Program-made: the position numbers and the translations under genes
The notes under the pieces: generated by a model
The model's input: the letters and a program-made list of their open reading frames with translations, nothing else
What the model was told of the DNA's origin: nothing
The model's database searches: none
In this document: piece after piece, positions 1 through 12,700 of the stretch
Position numbering within the stretch: the stretch's first letter is position 1
Layout of the letters: every line of letters starts with the position of its first letter
NCBI GenBank assembly: GCA_051362555.1
Contig: CM120641.1
Coordinates: 3,844,001 to 3,908,000 of the forward strand
Reading direction: 5' to 3'
From: Lingula anatina
Taxonomy: Eukaryota; Animalia; Brachiopoda
DNA length: 64,000 bases

Positions 1-218
1 ATGCTGAGGGGGTCTAGAATGCATTCTTGGGAGAGTAATTTGGAAATGAAAGGGCAATATCATGCCTTATGTGTGGAAATTTAGAAATTGGTTGGAATTT
101 CTACTGAATGATACCTTGTCAGTGTTGGATTTAGAGGGGTCAGGGGGGTCCTGATGCCCCCCCCTTTCAATTTCTGCAAAAAAAAAAACAATAACAATAG
201 CAGCAACACAATACATAC

Positions 219-405
219 CCCAACAACAGGCTTGTTACACTTATTGCAGCTAGGGGCAAAGTACTTGGCATAGTCATTCTCACAGTACAATTTTCCATTC
301 ACTTCAATGAAGCCGGTATCCATTAGCTTGGTACGGCAGTCAGGGTTGGAGCACACAAAGTGATCTGGGCACCAATTCTTACCAAGGGCAATCACAAATG
401 GGCCT
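219..405 (-). CDS. Gene 1 exon: LIM domain body and start of next LIM (RGPFVIALGKNWCPDHFVC...CENDYAKYFAPSCNKCNKPVVG)
   Basis: ttttttccag| acceptor, |gtatgt donor, 187 nt, phase 2 to 0; zinc-ligand spacing of LIM domains. Confidence 0.95.
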
Positions 406-3400
406 CTGGAAAAAAGAAAAAAAAATATTTCCAAAGAAATATTATTTGAAAACAGAAAGAAGCATATGTTCAGACAACACCAAAAATCCATAGTAAAAGT
501 AACTACACAGAAACTTCACTGGTGTGTTCACAGACAGCTGAAATGTGTTAGGTGAGATAAAGGCAATGCCCAAGTCGAGAGCCCACTTGATAGGTGAACT
601 GTATTCAGCATAGACAGAGATCTTTCTTCCCTACCCACAGATAAAGAGACAACTGAAGTGTGTTAGGTGATTAGGTAAGATATAGGCAATGGTCTAGTTG
701 GGAACCCACCTGATAGGTGAACCACATTCAGCACAGACTGGGATCTTCATTCCTGTGCCCACAGATTGCTTGAACACATAGTCCCCTCTCTTTCCTCTCT
801 GAATGGGGCCAACTGGGCCTGCACCTGGGAAGGGCCTGGGTCCTGCGGGGGCCTTCACAGGGGCAGGGGGTGCCCTGGGGGCCGCAGGGGCTGGAGCAGG
901 AGGCGGCGGTACACCAGCTCCAGGACGTCTGACACCACCTATGAGTGACATAATGGTATTATTATGAACTATATTGCTTAATGAGCTTTAAATATGTAAC
1001 AGCAATTTCATTTGTATATATCATTTTGATTTAAGGAAAGAAATTGAGTAGCACAAATTGCCATACATCAGATAAAATATATAGTTATACTGAAGCAATG
1101 AGTCATGACATTCAATAACATATCTCAAAACACTGTGAATATAACCAATACTTTTTTATTTTGAACCATTTAACAAAAAAAAAAGAAAGAAAAAGAAAAC
1201 AATACTTTCAGGAAATATATCTGATCCTTATTATTATGATGGTAAGTTATTAAATAATGTTTACTTAATGATCTATTCATATCACCTTACCTTGCTGTGG
1301 AGCATCTCTGAAGGAAAATGGATAAACATGTATAAGATGGAGTTGTATATACTTCAACAAACATTCTGATATCAAACTACCAACTAATAAATATTACTAC
1401 ATCCTTTTATAACAGAATGTTGGCCAGAAAGCAACAAACTGTATATACATTAAATCTAAAAACATTATATATACAAAATAATTTCTATGAAAATCATCAA
1501 TATAATTTTTGACAATATTATTGTTAACACCTCATCTTCATGCTCACACGAATAGATTATGTAGTTTCCTCAAGTAGCATTACAGAAATCTTACCACTGT
1601 AAAAACCACTGACAAACTACTCAAAGTGAAGTAAAATGCACAAGAACCTGTTCAAAACAAATTGTGTTAGTTGTTCCTAATTCATGCAAAATTTTCAATC
1701 ATGGGATTCAAATATTTGGTGGTATTCAAAGAGCTCACAAGCATATGGAGGTGCACAGGATTTGAAATTTTCAGGTAAGATAGGGAGGAAAGGATATATT
1801 AAAGACAGTTTACCTGGATTTTCCTTTTGTTTTATAAAAGTATAGAATATGGTTTTCTTCTCTGTTGAGTCCTCTGATTGAAGCCAAGCTTTATATTTCT
1901 TATGTGCATGAGAGAGAGATAGAGAGTGAGAGTGACAGAATGACTTACAACACTTACACCATTTTGTGTGGCATCATACTTTCCAATTATGTTAAACTTA
2001 CTTCACTTTCCCATCCAATAACTGATAGGTTTTTGACTGCACTCCGGGACCAGAAGGGGGGTCAGATTTCATTTTGTCCATCTCCTCAGCATGCACCAAT
2101 TTCAAAGTATCTGAAGGAGCATATTTTTTCACTTCATTCTCTTTACCCACCACTGCATACCTGGAAGAACACATGCACTATGCAAGAATACATGCTGGGA
2201 CAGGGGGGGGGAAAACATGCGGCATTACTGAGGGGTGGGGGGGGGTGGGAGAGGGGGAGGCGTGGCATCTTGTGCTGGAATTCAATTTAAGATTTATGGT
2301 ATCATTGAAGTTTGGAGGAGGCAAAATGTTTGTGTGAAAGCAACATCAGCTTTGTACTCATCTGACATTACTCAACTTTAATTACACTTGTATCTATAAG
2401 AAATATTGACCATATTATGAAAAAATAGACATAAGATGTTTCAATATGCCAAGAAATTTTGTTTTGTACAGTTCCTGACTTTCCACGAACAATTCACCTC
2501 CTTTATATAAAAAGAAAACATTCATTCTCTCTCTTTTGAACTCGAGTCAGTATTTGGGGTTTAATTGCACAATAACTGAACTTTGAGTTTAGATTAAAAA
2601 CAACTACAAAATGATGAAAAATCCATACTTGGCATACATGCTAGTTATATGAAAAAATACATAAAAACCTTTGTTCAGTGTTTCATAATGTTAAATATCC
2701 TGACCCAAAAGATTAGGTTATATATTAAATACCCGATTAAGAAAATACTTTAACCAATCAGAATGCTCAGTCCAAAAATTTCTTCTGTATATATAAATAT
2801 ACATATATCCTTATCAAAGATTGATTTCATGCTCATTTCACTGTATATTAGCTACTTCTCCATCACAGAAACCAAATATTATCCCAAAAATTATAGGATC
2901 CATTTTTCTGAAAATTTCTCAGCCCTAAGAATCAATTGTTTTGTTCAATACAAAAAAGCTGAGATTTCTCGGGAAAAACCAACCTTTGATATGATATATT
3001 AATGGTTATTTACAGATAGAAAGCAAATGTAGTATAACTGCCATCAACACAGATTTAAATTCCTTAATTTACTTTCATTTAGCAAAAGTAAAAAGTGAAG
3101 CACAAATAAAAGATTTCTCAGTGCATTAACTAGCAGAAAATGAAATAATTAAAAGACCACAACTACCAAAATAAGTGTAAAAAAATAAACGAGTACAAAG
3201 TGTATAATAAAACAAAATGAATTTTCTCTCAAATGAAAAAAGTACATACAGAAAAAAAAAACAACAAATTTGTGATATAAGCTTTACTTTACTACATGTA
3301 TCACAAATATCTTTCCAATAAGCAGAAAACTTTGTAAAATTAGTATCTTGACTTAGGATGATTTTAATTTGTACCAATGATGGCTCTAAAATAATAAATA

Positions 3401-6400
3401 ATAGCATCAAAAATGGGGAAAACTGCAAAATAGTTCCTGGTCAAACTTTTATATTTAAAATTAACATAAAAGCCAAATTAAGTACAGCTAATATTCCTCC
3501 ATACCCTGGAAAAATTTCAAACATTCAATTCTTTGCAGGGAAAAGCTTGTCTGCCAAAATATTTAGGGAAAACATACAACAGCAAGCAAAGCAATATGAT
3601 AAATAAAAATGTATCAAAATTTCAAACAACTCCAAAAATGCCCATGCCCAAATTTCACATAGAATGTGGTACTACCTTGCCCATGGAGCGTCCCTGACAG
3701 TAGCTGGGTCTGAAAAAGATCACAGTGAGTGCTAAGTGAGAGTTGTATAGTCTACCACCTAATGGCATAGCTGGTATAAAATCATGATACTCAGATTTTC
3801 TTAATTCCACCCTAAGATTCTTCTAGGAAAATTTTTTATAGTAAATGGAATCAAAAGTCATAACATATACTTGTTTTTAGGCAATAAATTTGATACCTAA
3901 AACAAGATATGAATATCCATTGGTAACGTAACTGGGAATATCTAAATGCTCTGAAGATCATGAGATTATACCTGCCAGCTGATAGAGAGTGCTGCAGTCT
4001 GTGGAAGACAATGCCATCTATGTAAGATGTTTCTAGGAGACGAGCAATCCAAGGTTAGAAAAAATAGAAGCTGTTATTTCTAATTCATTCTAACTGGAGC
4101 TGCACTATTGTTGGATACCTCCGAACTATCCATGTTAGATAATTCTAGGAAGGGAACAATCCAAGATTAGACAGAACTATAAGCTGTTATTTCAACTTCA
4201 TGCTTCCTAACTGTTAGCTGCTGTGGTGTTAAGGTACCCCTAACCTATCTAGCAGGATGCTATATCCTAGAACCTATTACCCTTTCTTGTTTGCTGTAGC
4301 CAGATGAGTCGCTGACTTGTTAGCGTTGGTATAAAGACCAAAGGGGGAGTTGTATTGACTGTGAAACATCTGGGCCGAGGCCTCGGTCTGGGCAGTGGGT
4401 GATGGGGTTTGCCGTTTGGCAAAATTGGCAGGGAGGGAGTCTGAAATGCACACTGTCAAGTTGATTAAATCTAAACACCTTCCTTTCACAAAGAAGGCCC
4501 ATTTTTAAAAGATTATCCATGATAATGATATGGTTTTTAACTTCTTTTATGTCAAAATAGTTGGTAGAATTGATATCATTTTTGTCAAAAAAATTAGCAT
4601 TAAGCAGTAGCTTAAATTTAATGTGACAAGACTGTAAAAATATTTCTTTTCAAAGCATCCTTTCCCAACCCTTTGCCATTTTTCTAACATCATGGATAAC
4701 CCTTATATTAATCCAGTATCTCCCATGCACCCTTCCCTCATGGAACTGACTCTATTAGGATCTCTTTTTCCATGTAATCTTGTTCTAAACTATAATGTAA
4801 TACATGCAGCAGCTTACATCATTATACAGGTTAACTTCCTAAAACAAGCAAAATAACACAAATACCAAATAAAACCAAATAGGTTATCAAGAAAATATAA
4901 GTAAGATCTATCTTTCTATGGCTTATGGGCACTTTGACTTTGAGGTTTCAAAATAAAATTGGTATTTAAAAAAAACAACTTCTTTATGGCTCTAAAAAAT
5001 TAGCATATAAATCCATCATTAACTTATTAGAATGAGCATTTTTTATATAGTTTAATTCATCAAAATGAATATTTTGGTATCGAAAAACAACATTCATATT
5101 TAGGGATCTAAAACAAATAATGAAAAGCATTACTAAGCTTGTCAACAAAAATTTAAGCATTTCAATAAAATCCCTTTATAAAGCATTAACACCAAATATA
5201 TAGCAAAGCTCAAGCAATTTAGGTTATCTGTTAACAGTACCACATCACTGCAATAAAACTCAGTATGTGAAGCATCCACACTAAATGTAAGCAACACTAA
5301 TTTTGATATTACAAAATCTTTATATTTTTATTTAGAAAATTCATCATAGTATTTCAGTTCATGATCTACAACATCTACTTAATTCCATAGGCATAATATA
5401 CATCCTCAAAGCACATTTCTCAAATCTAAGTTCATTTTTGAATTTGTTTAATTTTTTCTTATGATTTCTTTGTCTAACTAAAATTCAAATTGCCACACAG
5501 CCATCTTTAACAGATGGAGTGTCCTAAAAACAATTTGTCAACGTTTTAGCTACTCTTCATTTAGTTGGCTATATTACGCCAAACTAACCAATCAGAGAGA
5601 GTTTGACATTTACCCTGTCCTCTGTCTATGGTATCCTTGAGTACTGTGAAGGAGTGGGATTGGGCATTAGGGTCAATGTAACCAGGGTAGTGCATTTCTT
5701 GTCCAGGTTTGTGTTCATCGTAGCGAACACTGTGGTCTGCAGGTCTGAAATGACCAATAAGTTAAGATATATCATGAAAAATCTAAGACATATAGTCATG
5801 ATCAGTAATAAATATTACAGGAAGCTACTTCTATTTCTTTTCTCTTCTTATATTAAAAAAAAAAAAAAAAAAAAAAACAACAATTTACAGGGCCTAGCCC
5901 AGAAGAATGATACTGAAAGCATTCATCATTAAAAAGTGTACTTCTATAAAATTTATTACATTTCTTATTATCAAGTATAACACTGTTTCACAATGACAAG
6001 ATGCTTTCTGAAATGGCACAACTTTTATACAAAATAATATGAGGCAAAAATTAATTAATCAAAAAGTGCTAAATTTACTAAATATCAACATATTACCATG
6101 TCACTAGTCATAGCTTGATCTGCCCATACCTGTGTGCTGTAACTGTTGTCTTCTGCATCTGGGTGGTCACAGAGTCCACACTGTCACCATAAAGCTTGCC
6201 AGGATGATTATATGTCTGTAATATTACAGTAACACTTTAGCATGAGATACTGATCAATCTATATATGCTAATTGCTTCATTGTGTTAGTTGAGAGAGGTT
6301 AAAATAAGAGTGTTGCCATGGCACTACAGACATATTGTAAGATCATGTTTTATCACACAACATCAACAGTTTTCTCCAAACAAGATAAGGAGTCAAAGAT

Positions 6401-9400
6401 ATTTATGTTCTGAGTTAAATGAATGGATAACATCAACCATCAAAAACCAACTAGATGAGTACTAAAGTAAACACCCATTTGTGATCCATTTAAATTCAAT
6501 ATTTTCAGACCCTACAATTAAATGTTTTATATGGATTTTTAAATGATTTAACAGGAAAGTTTAGAGGGTTTTTATTAGAAATGAAGCCAAATGAAGCATG
6601 ATGTAAACCTCTGGTCTATCTCCAATCACTGTTCCCTCTGAAAGGCCAATGCCCCCATCAACCTTGGTTTCACCTTAGACTATCTACAAGTTTCTATCTG
6701 TGGCTATTTCTTAGCGGTGATAGGTGGCAGCAACAGTTCTCAGAACATGATACCCCAAATCCCAATTAAATCTGTAGACTATCCCTATGGCTGTGCCACT
6801 ACCCTCCCTCAGTATTATATGAAAGTGGGTATTTATACTCTCCCTGTGTGCTAACCAAGAAAGACTATCTAAAAATGTGTAATATTACTCCACACACCTG
6901 TCAAAACCAGAAGAGAAATACACACAGACATCTTAAACTTGAGCCAAAATGGACGAGACATAAAGTGGAGGTTGTTACTTAAAATATCACAAGTTTGGAC
7001 AGTTTCACCAACTTTTCCCATCAAGTTGTATATGTAACACCCACACAGCTATCTCACACAGCTATCTAAACTTAAAGTATATCCATAAAACATGTGTTCA
7101 GTCTCAGGACATTTCTCAGAAATCAAAGCAGCTATCTAAGCAGAACACCTTTTTCAGGTTTTCATGTTGCGGGCATATTCAGAACTCTTCTAAATACCAT
7201 AAATACACTCTGGTCCCAGAAAGTGATTCCTGCCATGGCTTCTACAGCACTGTAGTTGTTCTAGACCAGAACAATTCTAGCTTTCTTTTTTGTCTGACGC
7301 CATGTACTTTTACATCATACCTCACACCATATAGCCCAGTCTGCACCTTAGGATGCTATGTCAACAGTCTCTGTTTGTCCTGAAGAACTTGGGTGTAAAA
7401 TAAACCATTAAGAAAACGAAATATCTTGAACTCTTCTCTACAGTCTGACTCTCTTCATCATCAAGTCTTCTCCAACTTCAGGAGAAAGTGCACAAAAATT
7501 AGAAGAATATCTGGTCTTTTGTTACAACTTTATATTTTTTAACTTTTGAATTGAGGTTTATTCATTTATCCTTTCAAAGTGTGTAAAGTATACAGGACTA
7601 TGAAGCAAAATATTCAAACACCAACATGTGTATGCTAATGTACTAACACAAAATGACGGTTTACTTAAAATTCATCTATTTATGAGTTCATGGCTTAAGC
7701 ATAACAGATAACAAGTCCAGACAGACTTCTTTCATGTTTAGATAGTTGTGTACATTTTATGTTGCCTCAAAGAAAAGATGTTACATCTCTAATACACCGA
7801 GACAGGTGGAGGGAGGTTTAGAAGAGAAGGGCAGGTATTTTAGTTTCACCTGCAGATTAGCTGTAGGTGTTATAGGCTTCAGGAGGTGTCTTCACAACTT
7901 GTTTAACTTGAACCAGAAATATTCTGAATGGTGTCACCAATAAAACAGATCAGATCTTGACCCCCCTATACTCATCGGGAGCCACATCGCACCCTAAAAT
8001 TTATAATCTGACAAAAAGCAATCAGGCTGCAAGTGATGACAGTTGGACTATTTCTGGTTTAACTTAGATCAGTGCTGAACATGCCTTGTCTTCCATCTTG
8101 AGTGATGTACACAGGTTACCTTGGGTGCCTGCATGGAGTGAAGCAAAGAAAGGCTGAACACATGCAGTTAAATGCTATATGCACAGTAAAAGCATGGTTT
8201 AAGGTAATCTATATTAAGCAAAAACGGGTAACAACTCCCAGCTACATTTTCGAGCTTCATATAAATGTTACTAGCCCAATGAGCATAACAGAGTGGAGTC
8301 TAAACTCAGCAAAGCAAAAAACAGGTTCAGAATTAACCTGTAGGGTAAGATCTAGTATCTAACAAATAAGGGTTCAATTTTTATCTCACCAGTATCACCA
8401 ATACTTCCAAGTTTTTTCATTTTATCTATAGTGCTATTAAAAACTGATGGTGCATTAAATTAGCCCTATTATTTCAATGTTATTTCCATATTTAACATAT
8501 TATTTTTTTAGGTTTTTTTCTCAAGGCCTCTATGTTTCTCAGGTTGTGCTATACGTGTGACAGTGTGTTAGGTGTGATAGTGTGCTATGTATCACAGTGT
8601 GTTAGGTGTGATAATGTGACGTATATCAGTGTGTTAGGTGTGACTGTGTGACATGTATCAGAGTGTTAGGTGTGATAATGTGACGTGTATCAGTGTGTTA
8701 GGTGTGACTGTGTAACATATATCAGTGTGTTAGGTGTGATAATGTGACGTATATCAGTGTGTTAGGTGTGACTGTATGACATGTATCAGTGTGTTAGGTG
8801 TGATAATGTGTTTAGTGTAAGATGTGCTGTGCGTGTCAGTGCACTATGTAGATATCTAAAATAAATCATTTCTCTCAACAAGTAATTTGATATATCTGAA
8901 TAAGAAAACTTATCATAAAATACATCACAGAGTATTTAATATTTCTAAAACATATATTCTTAAAAATGCAGTTTGTATCCTGCACCTGCATAAGTACTAT
9001 ACTTTATAATATAACCATGATATGTATAGTGTATGCACCAGATTTAGTATTAGCAGATACTTTTAAAATGCCATACACCCAGCTCATATGGCTTACTAAA
9101 TCAACTCCAACTTTTTTGGGTTTAAACATGCATCGTTCCCATTAAATCAACATTGATTTACATGCTACTTCCAAATGAAATTGATCAAGATTGTCTGGCT
9201 AACATTTTTAAGAGTGGGTTTAGGAAATGACTCGTAACCACAGGTATGTATCTTTAGGCCAACTTTAAAGCTTGTCTAACTTGGGAGTGAAAAAGTAGTT
9301 CTACCAACAGCATAAGACAGACAAATTTAAAATGACATTAGGCTCTTTCCAGTATATGCTTTATCAATTCTTAGCACACCTATCTCTAAACCTCTAAACT

Positions 9401-9710
9401 TTTTTATCTGATATAATACCAGCACCAATACACATGAATATATAGGTGAATTCAGCAAGCCGTAACATTGTTCAAACAAATACTGCCATACATCAACATG
9501 ATGAATATGCTAGTCATAAATAAATCAAGAGAACCAAAATCAAATTGAAGGCATGGTAAATACAACCGTTACAATATGTCACATTAGCCAGTAGTTGACA
9601 AAGTTACTAGCCCGATTGAAATAGTGAAATTTTACCAGTTGCTTTAAATTATTTTCCACTATCTCCAGATTCCATTTTCAGACTAGTTAATTTTGACTTG
9701 TGCTAGGATT

Positions 9711-9749
<39 letters not shown>

Positions 9750-12700
9750 TTTTCTGTGGCCTACTCCCAGTTGTCTGAATAGTAACCAGTGGATTATATA
9801 TAACCTGGCAAGCAATCTGAGAGTAGGCTGAACATGGCTTAAACCCTGTTCTTGGATCACATTTCCAGGAAAACTCCAACCTAACAATAAATTAATTACA
9901 TCATATTCACACATACAAACTATTTCAAATGCTAGCCTGGTTTTAATGGTGATCTTTCAAAGCCGTTTCAATCATGTAACATGCTGGATAGTTGAACGTA
10001 TCCACATGTCAAACATATGTTCATCATGCTGGCAGCTCAAGTGTCTCCTATCTAAATTTACCTATGTGGAACTATTGAAAGATTATAGACATCAAATCTG
10101 AATACACTGAGCACAGATGTTGGGAAGACAGGTGCATCAATAACAACACTTTAGCTCAGGCTGGTTAATAAAACAGTGCTGGTTGAGAAAAATAACATAT
10201 ATATATATATATTTTTTTCTTATTTGCCAATGTATCATCTTTTTGTTGAGAATATATTTTTTACCAAAAGAAAAAAAAAAAAAAAATTAATGCAATCATA
10301 ACCCAAGCATCAGCTCTATAGCTTTCAAAAATTTTATTCCTCAAATCTACTGAAAGCTATGCCATTTGTATGTGTATATCAGACATGTTCACAAATGTTC
10401 TAACTTAAACAGAGAGATGGTCTAATTGTTTACCATGGTAAAATGGGTGCCACTGTGTGAATTGTTCAGTTAGACTATGGATGCATTCAGAACTAGTTAG
10501 TCCACAGGTCAAATATGGGTAACGACTAAAAAGTTTGCCATCTGATCTGCTAATAGACACTGAATATAATCCCCACGGGGAAGTATTCAAGTTGGTTGGC
10601 CATATTTGACCCCTGAACTAGATAGTTCACTGTTCTGAATGTGGCCTGTTTAAGTTAGAACATTTGTTTGAAGTCAGCCCAGAGCTGGCAATTTTTTTTT
10701 ATTTTTTATTTTACAATTCTCAATATTTGAATTAATTGCAGAAATAAATGAAAGACACTCACAGTCCCAAATTGTGATGAATCAGGTTTCCTCATGGCTG
10801 GTCCACCCCTGAATACATATAAGTTATTTTGTTGATAAGAGGTTAAAATAAAAAGATAGTCTTACCATCAATATCTGGATATAATTTTGCTGGAACATCT
10901 ATTTGAAGTTATTTTCAAATATTTTGAAAAGCAAAAAAAGGAAAATGAAACAATATCATAACCAGACAAACCAATTTAAAGAAACAACATTATGTCTTAA
11001 AAAGTTTTCCAAGTCAACTGAAAGAGATTAAGATGGCTTTGCTTTAACATTATCTAAAAACTCTAGAAACACTTTCATATATTCATTGTTCAAATTGTTA
11101 ACTTATTCTTCAACATTATCTCAGACAACCTGTACAGGAATATCGCAGAACATTTCATTGCTTTTTTTTAAACTCCATCTCCCTCCTCACCTGAGTAAAG
11201 TCAGTTCTAAGTGGTCTCCACTCTTGATGATGATATCTTGTGCTTCTTTGTGCTTCATGTTCTCAGCATGTAAGCCGCCCACTCTGAGGAGGATGTCACC
11301 TTGCTGGAGACCACATTTGGCTGCCAAACTTCCAGGCGTCACCTATAAAGAAAGACATTGAGTTTTTAACAGTAATGACATTGAGTTATATAAAGAAATG
11401 AAAGTAGGCCTTCTGAATTTGTTTTAAGATCAAAATAGCTACCCTTCTCTTTTTAAACAACATCCAGTAGTCATCATTATTTATAACCCTTTTTAAATTG
11501 AAACAAGGCAGCAAAGCTGTCAAATGTACAGACAAAAAACAGAAAAAAAAAAGATGCAAAATAGGTCATTATGTCAATTTTGATGCAATAATAAATGCTT
11601 ATAATAGCACAGTCAGTCAACACTGGTTTTTAATCATGCACAACAGGTAACATGGTCAATAACAGAAGCAGATTCAGAGATATTTTCTGACAGTATTCCA
11701 AAGTATCTTTGTTGATCCATCCTCCATTTTGATAGTCTTCCAACAGAAACCCGTTAATATAAACTGTAAAATCTGACTGTCTTCCAGGAGACCCAGAAGA
11801 TGGTCTTAATCCACCCTTTCAATAAGATTACAATGTCAGGACCATGAGAGTTAAAATTCACATGATGAAAGTCCCTATATATGAAAAATGATGACAGTGC
11901 ATAAAATAATATTACATCGTGTTTAAAGACATAAATACCAATACAGCTGCTTATGTGGAAATACTGAAAATGTGCACAGCCTCAGGTGGATGGGAGTTAA
12001 GAATCACATCTTAAAAATGCCAGTGTTGGAGAAAAAATTAAATAGAAACAACAAAAATATAATTCTAATGAAGCTGTTATTCACTGCTTCCTTATTATGG
12101 ACACTATGTTATCTAGCAGAGAGCTTAACAGGGAAATATCAACAAGTGTGCTTTATGAAATTTCAATTAATGGCTACTTAATTAGGTAAATGAGTTTATA
12201 GCACTGAAATTAGCCTTGTGAATACCCAAGGGGAATTAACAGACTGACCACACAAATTTGTCTATCAAAGGTCTTCAGGCCCATAAGTCACACCTTAAGA
12301 AAAGCAGAAAACAATAATGCACAAAAACAGGAGACTGCCCAATTCTGATGCAATAATACATTATGTTTAACTGCACAGTCAACATAAAATTTTAATTATG
12401 CACAACAGGTAACGCTGATGAAAGTAAAAGCATAAGGCTCCAGGCCCATCAGAGTTCAAGTTTTCAATTAGAAAGTGCCAGAATGAGAAAAATGAAAATT
12501 TCACAAAAAATGCATAAATTTAATAAAAAAGATGACCCAATTGACCTGGCTTTCTAATTTGAACTGCATGCCAATCCTAAAAATCGTACTTATAAGTTAA
12601 ATATAATAATAAGTAACACAGTTTTCTTTTCATAATGTTTGCAGTAGCAGTGCAAAAAGATTATTGTCAATTTTGATATAACATTACATAATAAATTATA

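Noticed and set aside
2156-2175. ttcttccag|gtatgc looked like a recursive (zero-length) splice site
   Set aside because: Better explained as the acceptor of the open 159-nt exon that begins with GT.
8561-8810. Repeat array as possible CRISPR
   Set aside because: Eukaryotic intron; inter-repeat segments are themselves near-identical and there are no cas genes.
10405-10590. ORF with NTSPWGLYS resembling a ZM motif
   Set aside because: Lies inside an inverted-repeat element and has no phase-compatible splice sites; likely coincidence.
10861-10880. Possible 9-nt stop-containing microexon right after the PDZ of gene 1
   Set aside because: Poor polypyrimidine tract and only a 57-nt downstream intron; unsupported.
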